Positions 42,454 to 49,192 of a stretch of DNA of 51,337 bases are shown one piece after another (position 1 is the stretch's first letter; each line of letters starts with the position of its first letter). The DNA is from a virus. The notes below the pieces were generated by a model. It made no database searches and had not been told where the DNA came from. It saw nothing but the letters and a program-made list of their open reading frames with translations. A program made the position numbers and the translations under genes. The DNA lies in the IMG/VR virus record IMGVR_UViG_3300036846_000218, positions 1 through 51,337 of that record; one strand, given 5' to 3'.

Positions 42454-43596
42454 TCATTGAATCGGTCCCTTAACAGTGTTAAACATTTCTTTCCAGCCTT
42501 CAAACGCTTTCTCAACTACGCGAATACGATCTTCTCTGAATGAGTGCAAATAAACATCCATCATCTTGTCGTTAACGTGACCCATCATCGCCTTGATATC
42601 AGCCTTCGTTGCGTGTTTGCCAATCATGGTGCCAAACGTGTGTCTAAGATCGTGCCAACGACATTCAATGCCAGCAGCTTTCTTTGCGCCCTTCCAAACA
42701 CCAAAACTTTTTGTTGGAATAGTGGGCAGCGTTTTGTAAATGCCATAACCCCCGCCCTTGACGTGACCGTACCGTTGCGATGGAAACACGTAATGATCAG
42801 GCTTCGCTTCGGGAAACTTCGATTTCCATTCCAGCAATACTTCTACCGCATCCAACATTGGAATGAAACGTTCCCCTGCTCTTGTCTTCGTGGTTTTCCG
42901 TTGCACAAGAAACTGACGATTTTCAAAATCAACAGACTTCCACTGCAAGTTGAGCAATTCCTTCCGGCGTACACCGGAGAGCACCGAAACCTGTATAGCG
43001 GTTTGAAACGCTTCTGAACGCGATTCACCGGCAATCTTAAACAACATCAGAAGTTCCCTTTTGGACAACGGCTTACCCATTGTTTCCTCTTCGGAGAACA
43101 TATGAAAGGTGCTGCCTTCTTTCAGCCGGTTCCACAGCTTATGCTCAACAAACAATTGCCGAACGGAAGTCAACTCGATGTTGATTGTGCGATCAGCCGG
43201 GGGTTTACCGAACTGCGTGACTTGCGTCTTGCGGTGATTCTGGTACCGCCGCAAGTCTTTGCCGTTAATATCCGTAATCAGCATCTCACCAAAAAACTCA
43301 ATTAAATGCGGCATTGATGTGCGGTGCATGATATAGGTCTTGCCCTTGTCACCACCCCAACCAGCTTTATTCAATTCAACAAATTCTTCCAACGCAAATC
43401 TAAATAGCTTCGGTGAACGCGAAGCTGGAACCATATCATTGCCGCCCCGAATGAGAGACGTGTAAAGGTTATTTAATACCTCTTGAGCAACATACTTCAC
43501 TTTGGTTTTGGTACTCTGCGCATATCGGATACCCTGAAACTGAAATTCATAGTGCCAGTACCCATTTTTGTGTTGTTTCAACCTAGGCATTGCCAT
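42454..43596 (-). CDS. int: Tyrosine integrase (site-specific recombinase)
   Basis: 380 aa. Catalytic landmarks are LSGVRRKELLNL (Arg), RWHDLRHTFGT (H-x-x-R) and MMDVYLH (Tyr). Confidence 0.85.
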   Translation of the reverse strand: MAMPRLKQHKNGYWHYEFQFQGIRYAQSTKTKVKYVAQEVLNNLYTSLIRGGNDMVPASRSPKLFRFALEEFVELNKAGWGGDKGKTYIMHRTSMPHLIEFFGEMLITDINGKDLRRYQNHRKTQVTQFGKPPADRTINIELTSVRQLFVEHKLWNRLKEGSTFHMFSEEETMGKPLSKRELLMLFKIAGESRSEAFQTAIQVSVLSGVRRKELLNLQWKSVDFENRQFLVQRKTTKTRAGERFIPMLDAVEVLLEWKSKFPEAKPDHYVFPSQRYGHVKGGGYGIYKTLPTIPTKSFGVWKGAKKAAGIECRWHDLRHTFGTMIGKHATKADIKAMMGHVNDKMMDVYLHSFREDRIRVVEKAFEGWKEMFNTVKGPIQ

Positions 43597-43885
43597 CGAT
43601 TAACTCTCTCACTTTCCTCTGAATTACGGTAATCGCATTACAAATTGAATTAGTAGCAGCAATTATGGCGTTAAGTTGAATAGTGCTTTCTGCTGTTAAA
43701 GCCCTAACCTCAAGTTCCTTAACGCCAATATCCTTATACAACAAAGACGTGTAAACCTGATCCAAAATTCGTTGAGCGTCATGCTTCACTTTGGTTCTGG
43801 TGCTTTTGCGGTACGGTACACCTTTGTACTCGAAAGCGTAAAACCAGTATCCGTTTTCATGCTGATGCAACTTCGGCATTGCCAT
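43583..43885 (-). CDS. Stand-alone paralog of the integrase N-terminal domain + coiled-coil tail
   Basis: 100 aa. MAMPKLHQHENGYWFYAFEYKGVPYRKSTRTKVKHDAQRILDQVYTSL vs the integrase MAMPRLKQHKNGYWHYEFQFQGIRYAQSTKTKVKYVAQEVLNNLYTSL gives 28 of 48 identical residues by eye. Its 3-prime end overlaps the int start by 14 nt. Confidence 0.7.
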   Translation of the reverse strand: MAMPKLHQHENGYWFYAFEYKGVPYRKSTRTKVKHDAQRILDQVYTSLLYKDIGVKELEVRALTAESTIQLNAIIAATNSICNAITVIQRKVRELIDGNA

Positions 43886-43891
43886 TTTTGC

Positions 43892-44071
43892 TTAGTATCC
43901 CTTCGGGAATTTTAGTTGAATATTGCAGCTACGGCAGAAACACATTTTCGCGTTCTGCTCACCAATTTCAGTCACCATCCAAAACAACGACCCGCCCGGT
44001 GACGGTATCTCCACACCGCAAACAGGACATTGCAGTTCAACCGATACAATCGTTACCACTGCTGTTTTCAT
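43892..44071 (-). CDS. Small zinc-ribbon protein
   Basis: 59 aa from MKTAVV. Contains CPVCG...CRSC. Confidence 0.5.
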   Translation of the reverse strand: MKTAVVTIVSVELQCPVCGVEIPSPGGSLFWMVTEIGEQNAKMCFCRSCNIQLKFPKGY

Positions 44072-44169
44072 CAATGCCCCGCCCTTCTGCCTACAAAGAC
44101 TACGCGCAAGACTGACCCGGCAATGAAAATCCAAACGAGAATGTTCCCTAGTAGTTCACCCATTTTTGA

Positions 44170-44373
44170 TTACCCTTTAACCAGCGTTATTTTGCTGTCG
44201 ATTTTTGATTCAAGCGTGTCAAAACGTTGATTCATTTGTTTAGCCATTTCATCGAACTGTCGGTTCATTCTCCCTTCAAGACCGTCGATTTTCTTGTCGA
44301 TACCATCAAACTGCCGGTAGAGCATTGCCAAGAATGCCCCGCCTAACAACGCCAAAAGAATGTTAGTTACCAT
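44170..44373 (-). CDS. Small TM + coiled-coil protein (paralog 5 of 5)
   Basis: 67 aa. MVTNILLALLGGAFLAMLY is followed by GIDKKIDGLEGRMNRQFDEMAKQMNQRFDTLESKID. Confidence 0.65.
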   Translation of the reverse strand: MVTNILLALLGGAFLAMLYRQFDGIDKKIDGLEGRMNRQFDEMAKQMNQRFDTLESKIDSKITLVKG

Positions 44374-44442
44374 GTTTCAATCCTTTCCCTCTTTTCTGAC
44401 ATGCTCTGATTATACTCCCGAACAGCGTTATGTACAGCGTTT

Positions 44443-44616
44443 TCAGTTCAATTTTTTAGAAAGTTCCTCCGCTCGTTTGCCTACAGAAACTAGCTTGCAC
44501 TCCCGCTCAAGTATGTCCAGCGTTCTGGCGTAGCCGATTTCTTCAATTAATTCTGCAACAAGGGTTGCCAGCTTCAATTGCAGCTTTAGGTCTGGTGGTT
44601 GACTTAATTTGGTCAT
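44443..44616 (-). CDS. Hypothetical 57-aa protein (below the ORF-track cutoff)
   Basis: ATGA overlap with the upstream gene. Product is MTKLSQPPDLKLQLKLATLVAELIEEIGYARTLDILERECKLVSVGKRAEELSKKLN. Confidence 0.45.
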   Translation of the reverse strand: MTKLSQPPDLKLQLKLATLVAELIEEIGYARTLDILERECKLVSVGKRAEELSKKLN

Positions 44617-44909
44617 TCTTTACCACCCTGCATCTTGCCATCTTTGATTATGTGCATTGGCGGGAAATAGGCGCGATTGCGCTTCTCTGGTCGTTTCTGC
44701 GCTTTCTTAATTAAGGAATCCAACAGTTCAGGCGAGAGATTTTCAGCGTTAGCAATCAGTTGTCCGCCTAACCATTCAGCATCCGGTGTGTACGATATCA
44801 AGACCACACCGTTAGGACTCTTGGCATAGACCCCGGCTTTCAACTCTTCAAGGTTCTCCGGTTCCAAAATGATCATGTGTTGCCCGTCCCTAGTGTTAAA
44901 GTAAATCAT
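44613..44909 (-). CDS. Hypothetical protein
   Basis: 98-aa ORF in a co-oriented small-gene array. Confidence 0.55.
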   Translation of the reverse strand: MIYFNTRDGQHMIILEPENLEELKAGVYAKSPNGVVLISYTPDAEWLGGQLIANAENLSPELLDSLIKKAQKRPEKRNRAYFPPMHIIKDGKMQGGKE

Positions 44910-44921
44910 TGTTCACATCCC

Positions 44922-45056
44922 TCATTTCTTCTTTCGTTTGCCGGGACCATGTTTCAATCCAGCCATCATTTTTGCTTGATTTCCACCTTGTTTCAGCGTT
45001 TTTTCGTTCTTCTTAAGAATTTTTTCTGACCACATCGACGGTCCATTCTTTCTCAT
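44922..45056 (-). CDS. Possible 44-aa basic peptide
   Basis: MRKNGPSMWSEKILKKNEKTLKQGGNQAKMMAGLKHGPGKRKKK fills the gap between two genes. No clear SD. Confidence 0.3.
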   Translation of the reverse strand: MRKNGPSMWSEKILKKNEKTLKQGGNQAKMMAGLKHGPGKRKKK

Positions 45057-45058
45057 CT

Positions 45059-45298
45059 TTATGCCTCTTTGATTCGTGAAAGAGTCAGCACTTTGTCATC
45101 GTCAGACACAGCCATTGCTAGCGCCCCTTTTTCAGCAGCCTTAAATAGATCAGCAACAGAGATTCTAAGAATTCCCCCGGCATCATCGATTAACTTCAAG
45201 AGGGCGGCATTGATCATGACCCGGCACTCTTCTTCGGACCATTGACGGCTAGAGGCATTAACAAACGTGGTCATCTTTTTATCTGGCATTGTTTTCAC
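45059..45298 (-). CDS. Hypothetical protein
   Basis: 79-aa ORF overlapping the upstream stop. Confidence 0.55.
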   Translation of the reverse strand: MKTMPDKKMTTFVNASSRQWSEEECRVMINAALLKLIDDAGGILRISVADLFKAAEKGALAMAVSDDDKVLTLSRIKEA

Positions 45299-45471
45299 CC
45301 CGCATCAAACAGTCGAATATACTTGCCACACTTGGCGCAATGAATGTCACCATCGTGGAAAGTCTCTGAATAGTTGCGCAGTTCAAATTCAGTTGATCCA
45401 CATTCACAGGTAGTGTTGTTGAGAGTGAATGAGGAATCCTTAATTTCGTTTCCGAAAACGTCCGTGTTCAT
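45295..45471 (-). CDS. Small zinc-ribbon protein
   Basis: 58 aa from MNTDVFG, with AAGGATGG upstream. Contains CECGS...CAKCG. Confidence 0.5.
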   Translation of the reverse strand: MNTDVFGNEIKDSSFTLNNTTCECGSTEFELRNYSETFHDGDIHCAKCGKYIRLFDAG

Positions 45472-45556
45472 TTTGTCACCATCCTTGATTTTGTTTCGTG
45501 AAGGCGCTAGACGTGAGTTGCGAAGCAACGAACGTTGATAGCCTGAACTTGTGGAG

Positions 45557-45766
45557 TTACCATCCTTGATCCTCGATTACTTTCTTGATTACAACCTCAT
45601 CGTCAACGATTGAGCAGTTAGCATAGAACTTATCCACGAATTCAAAGAATTGCCGATAGTGATTATTAAACGGCAGAGTGGTGGTGAACGTCCTGTTTTC
45701 GTTGTAGACAAGTATTGGCGGATTGTCTTCAGAAGATGCTAGCGGTTTCTGAAACTTCAGGATCAT
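45557..45766 (-). CDS. Hypothetical protein
   Basis: 69 aa with AGGAGAAA upstream of the ATG. Confidence 0.55.
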   Translation of the reverse strand: MILKFQKPLASSEDNPPILVYNENRTFTTTLPFNNHYRQFFEFVDKFYANCSIVDDEVVIKKVIEDQGW

Positions 45767-46430
45767 GCGCTTTCTCCTGTTGATCTATGGAGTGAAAGGG
45801 TAGCGAAGCACCCGAAGGGGGCGAAGCGGACCTTGAACTGTCTGCATGTGTAATCTGAACTGAGGCAGAGATTCTTAACTTAATCTGCTCTCTGGGATGA
45901 ATTCGGGCGAATTGAGCAGCGGTAAGCTTTAGATGGGAGAGGATACGTTGCAAGGGTTGAGTGATCGAACCTTTGCTGTGGTAGACCTTGCGGGATGTGT
46001 TGCGGTTTCGTGAAGGGGAAGCGTTAAGGGATGCGGAGCATCCCTTATCCGTACCCTGAACTGATGATGATAGCAGCATCTTCACCTTATCTAATTGAGT
46101 CTGAACTAAAGCGGCATTATCAAATTGATTGTTGTCCATGTAGGAAAGCAATTGGTTGTTGAGAGATTGCGCTTGGGCGACAAGAGCTAACTTCTCTTCC
46201 GGATACAGAAGCTTGGCATCGGGACAATACCAAACCCACCAGCCGGTGAGTGAGCGGTGGAATTTGAGATTGGTATTGTAGCGGCGATTGTAGTTGGAAA
46301 CCATGTTGCGAAAGTTGGTTGGATTGAGAGTAGAGGTTACATGTGGTGGGATGATGAAGTAGCCGTTGGGAGAAAGAGTCTCCATCTGCAATTTGATCCA
46401 CGGTGGGTAGCGGCTTGGACGTTTAGTCAT
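45729..46430 (-). CDS. Hypothetical protein
   Basis: 233-aa ORF with a Ser-rich C-terminal half. No motif was recognised. Confidence 0.5.
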   Translation of the reverse strand: MTKRPSRYPPWIKLQMETLSPNGYFIIPPHVTSTLNPTNFRNMVSNYNRRYNTNLKFHRSLTGWWVWYCPDAKLLYPEEKLALVAQAQSLNNQLLSYMDNNQFDNAALVQTQLDKVKMLLSSSVQGTDKGCSASLNASPSRNRNTSRKVYHSKGSITQPLQRILSHLKLTAAQFARIHPREQIKLRISASVQITHADSSRSASPPSGASLPFHSIDQQEKAHDPEVSETASIF

Positions 46431-46507
46431 TTTTAGTGCCTACAAGAATTGAAGTGAAGGGGTAGTGTGTTGAGGACCGAAGGTCCGAAACACCGAACCC
46501 TGAACTA

Positions 46508-46684
46508 TTACCCTGAACTGATTTTTGAAATTGATCCACCCTTGCTTATAACCCACGCTTTGAACTTGTGAAAGGGTGCGCCAATGAATTTGTGAAAGAC
46601 TGGTGCAGCCTCAGTGATCAAATCAGCGTTCGTTACAACGGCAGCAGTGATGTTTTTTAGTTGTATTTGATAAACCGTAGTCAT
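46508..46684 (-). CDS. Hypothetical 58-aa protein (below the ORF-track cutoff)
   Basis: ATGA overlap with 46681..47172. Product is MTTVYQIQLKNITAAVVTNADLITEAAPVFHKFIGAPFHKFKAWVISKGGSISKISSG. Confidence 0.4.
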   Translation of the reverse strand: MTTVYQIQLKNITAAVVTNADLITEAAPVFHKFIGAPFHKFKAWVISKGGSISKISSG

Positions 46685-47172
46685 TTGAACCTTTCAGGCG
46701 GATTGGTCCTGATCCCTTCAACCGTCAATTCATGCCCTTCAACGGCAGCTTGAACAGACGTGTAGCGGCAAACAACAGTGTAGTTAGAATCGGTGGGACC
46801 GAACACCATTGTTTCCCAAAGGAAAGGAATAGGGGAAAATGGGTTAGCGTCGATACCTAGAAACACAGTTGAGACTTCAATCTCGCCAAGTAGTGAAGTA
46901 AGAAACGTTTTCAACACTGTTCGATCAGTTGTGGCGTACCACTCAGCCCAACGAAAAATGTCCCGGCAGGGAACAGGGGTGTTGGTGGATGGGTCTAGGA
47001 TGTAGGTTCCAATCCACGGTAAGAAATTAAGGTTGCCTACAGGGATTCCCTCGAAATCAAGTAAGTGTTCTAAAGACGAATCGTGATCCTCAATTGAAAT
47101 GTTCTCGATGGGTGGAGTAGGAGTATTGTGGTTAGGGTTTTCACAATCATCGTTCCAGTCGTTTTCAGCCAT
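46681..47172 (-). CDS. Hypothetical protein, first gene of the - strand accessory array
   Basis: 163 aa with GGAGGA 7 nt upstream. The N-terminus is acidic. WETMVFG resembles a recurrent phage pattern. Confidence 0.6.
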   Translation of the reverse strand: MAENDWNDDCENPNHNTPTPPIENISIEDHDSSLEHLLDFEGIPVGNLNFLPWIGTYILDPSTNTPVPCRDIFRWAEWYATTDRTVLKTFLTSLLGEIEVSTVFLGIDANPFSPIPFLWETMVFGPTDSNYTVVCRYTSVQAAVEGHELTVEGIRTNPPERFK

Positions 47173-47451
47173 GTTGTGATCCTCCGGGGATTTCGGGGTG
47201 GTCGCGCAGATGGTACCTTTTTTTTATGGTGCTAGGATAGGTTTTTTTTTATGTAGTTGAGAGTAGGGGAGTTATACCGGGGATTTTGTACGTGCCTCCG
47301 CGCGGCGGCGGCTAACCCCCCTATTTTCAATGGGATACGTAAGCATATGAAAACAAAGGACTTGCGCCTCGCATTGAGAACAAAGGACTTAGGTAAACCA
47401 TTGATTCGATTAGGGATAGCGTAAAGTGTTGATTCCATTGGGGAATGGTCA

Positions 47452-47469
47452 TAGTTAATTGAATCTAAA
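47452..47469. repeat. 18-bp direct repeat TAGTTAATTGAATCTAAA, copy 1
   Basis: Identical to 47611-47628. It is flanked by the inverted pair TGATTCCATTGG (47430-47441) and CCAATGGAATCA (47520-47531). Confidence 0.9.
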
Positions 47470-47610
47470 TGGGTTCGGACAGGGGAAACCCGAATAAATC
47501 CCGGTATACATGCATAACTCCAATGGAATCAATAGAGATAATCTGATCACCTAACAGACGTTCGCTTCTCCTTCGTTATTGGTTCGCTTTCTCATCTTCG
47601 GGGCACATTT

Positions 47611-47628
47611 TAGTTAATTGAATCTAAA
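47611..47628. repeat. 18-bp direct repeat TAGTTAATTGAATCTAAA, copy 2
   Basis: Identical to 47452-47469 and 159 bp downstream of it. Confidence 0.9.
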
Positions 47629-47721
47629 GCAACTTGTCCAAATAGCCCCGTCCGCCCGGTATGGTGACAATCCATTCTCCACCATACGCCAAAAAGAAGG
47701 TTAAATCCAATGTAATCAATA

Positions 47722-47760
47722 ATATATATATATATGTAGTAGTAGTATAGTAGATAGATG
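47722..47760. repeat. AT-rich simple-sequence tract (AT)7 followed by GTA/GATA repeats
   Basis: ATATATATATATAT GTAGTAGTAGTATAGTAGATAGATG, with GTATATATAGAATAT 11 nt further on. Confidence 0.9.
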
Positions 47761-47978
47761 GAGAGTCTTTGTATATATAGAATATCGTCATACCTGCCAT
47801 ACATACACTTGTAACCCATAGATTAAAAAAGCGTTCGACTGAAAATGCCGTAGGGTAACAGCCATACGACAGGTCACCCTACGGCTAATGTGCTTTGGAA
47901 AGGGTTCAAGGTACACTTCGTGTCGCTTCGCTCCACTTCGTTTCCCTTTCACTTCATAGGCTAGACTTTGTAGGCAAC

Positions 47979-48054
47979 CAACAACGTCCAGCGCAACAAC
48001 CAACAACGTCCAGAACGTCCGCTCGGTCCGAACCCATAACGCAACAACGTCCAG
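47979..48054. repeat. Three copies of the 13-mer CAACAACGTCCAG (iteron-like)
   Basis: Copies at 47979-47991, 48001-48013 and 48042-48054. GTCCAGCGC follows the first and third copies. Confidence 0.9.
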
Positions 48055-48178
48055 AGTCCAGCGCAAAGTTAATTGAGAATGATCACCCTAGTTTGAAAAC
48101 GTTTTTTGTATGCAATTCAATTGCCAATCTATAGTCACGCTACATCGTCAATTAGTAATCGCCTAATGGTCATACCCT

Positions 48179-48242
48179 AAAATGTAACACGTCAAATTGA
48201 GAAATCGCCAATATCCATGCACCTTTCAGAGTGTTACATTTT
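48179..48242. repeat. 12-bp perfect inverted repeat AAAATGTAACAC / GTGTTACATTTT with a 40-nt spacer
   Basis: Arms at 48179-48190 and 48231-48242. A direct repeat ATCGCCA-N11-GCACCTTT occurs at 48204-48226 and at 48253-48275 (N10 spacing). Confidence 0.9.
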
Positions 48243-48535
48243 GTGATCACGAATCGCCAGTGTTTACGCACCTTTAACGTATACTCTGAAACACTCCGGC
48301 AATCAACAGCTTACACACAAATACAGCTACTTTAGCATATGCCCATTGCTAGCGTTTCTAGACGCGTAGCGCGTTCGATGGGGAAAAGTGGCACCCTACC
48401 CTGTCCAACGTCTATCGAACGCACCTCCAGAGTCCGAAAATAAAGTTGAAACATATCTAACTAGTTGTGCTATGTATGGATTGTAGGCAATTTGACGCAT
48501 TGTTACATTTGCACGTTGAAAACGACCCCAAACGT

Positions 48536-48579
48536 AGCGTAGAAATAGCGAAGTAAAAGCGTAATGAAAGCGAAGTAGT
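48536..48579. repeat. Four 11-bp-phased AGCG(A/T)A repeats
   Basis: AGCGTAGAAAT AGCGAAGTAAA AGCGTAATGAA AGCGAAGTAGT, with AGCG at 48536, 48547, 48558 and 48569. AGCGAAGTA also occurs at 49124. Confidence 0.9.
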
Positions 48580-48634
48580 CCATTGCCCAATTCCCCTATA
48601 TAGATACGCTCTTATATTTAGTTAGAAATCGTTG

Positions 48635-48664
48635 TTGCTTTCCTTAATTGAAAACGTCTATATT
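48635..48664 (+). promoter_or_regulatory. Candidate sigma70-like promoter of the + strand early-type operon
   Basis: TTGCTT (48635-48640), an 18-nt spacer, then TATATT (48659-48664), 20 nt upstream of the ATG at 48685. It overlaps the shared box TGAAAACGTCTAT. Confidence 0.4.
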
Positions 48665-48684
48665 GTGAGTGGGAGAAATACCGA

Positions 48685-48861
48685 ATGAAACAGTTCAAAG
48701 TATGGTTGAACGACAATCGCGGGAATAACAGAGAAATGATTGTCCGTGCATCATCCCGGTCCGCCGCAATGCTGATAGGCGAATCAACTTTTTATACGTG
48801 GTTTGCTGTAGACGCATGGGAAGAAACAGAAACGCCACTATTGGACTCACTGTCCAACTAG
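48685..48861 (+). CDS. Hypothetical 58-aa protein (below the ORF-track cutoff)
   Basis: GGGAGA lies 8 nt upstream. Product is MKQFKVWLNDNRGNNREMIVRASSRSAAMLIGESTFYTWFAVDAWEETETPLLDSLSN. Confidence 0.55.
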   Translation: MKQFKVWLNDNRGNNREMIVRASSRSAAMLIGESTFYTWFAVDAWEETETPLLDSLSN

Positions 48862-48862
48862 G

Positions 48863-48900
48863 CACAACACACAACACACAACACAACACACAACACACAA
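48863..48900. repeat. CA-rich microsatellite (CACACAA/CACAA units) in an intergenic leader
   Basis: CACAACACACAACACACAACACAACACACAACACACAA lies immediately before the SD and ATG of 48910. A related tract CAACCAACAACACACAACACATAACC is at 49133-49158. Confidence 0.9.
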
Positions 48901-48909
48901 GGGAAAACA

Positions 48910-49131
48910 ATGACTCACAAAGAATGCATTGCACTAGCGGACATGATCAAGGCGCAAATTGCAAGGGAAGTAGCGTATCCCGGTAGCGTCCAGCGTCCGT
49001 TTACATATGGACAAATTTGCGATCTAGCAGACTTTTGTAAATCTCAATCCAAAACGTTTCACAGAGCGCATTGGATGAATTACATCGGCGGACGCTGTGA
49101 CGCAAAGGGAAACGCAATCAAAGCGAAGTAA
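48910..49131 (+). CDS. Hypothetical protein
   Basis: 73 aa. It contains the motif GTCCAGCGTCC in its coding sequence and ends in AGCGAAGTAA. Confidence 0.6.
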   Translation: MTHKECIALADMIKAQIAREVAYPGSVQRPFTYGQICDLADFCKSQSKTFHRAHWMNYIGGRCDAKGNAIKAK

Positions 49132-49192
49132 GCAACCAACAACACACAACACATAACCGGACCTAATAGAGTCCAGAATAGGAAACAACGAT

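Noticed and set aside
47610-48934. ORFs 47610..47819, 47788..48066, 47895..48134, 48396..48590, 48695..48934 and 48798..48986 in the 47.2-48.9 kb region
   Set aside because: They run through simple-sequence tracts (YYYIYIYII from the AT repeat, CVLCCVLCV from the CA repeat) and lack ribosome-binding sites. The last two conflict with better-supported + strand genes (48685..48861 and 48910..49131).
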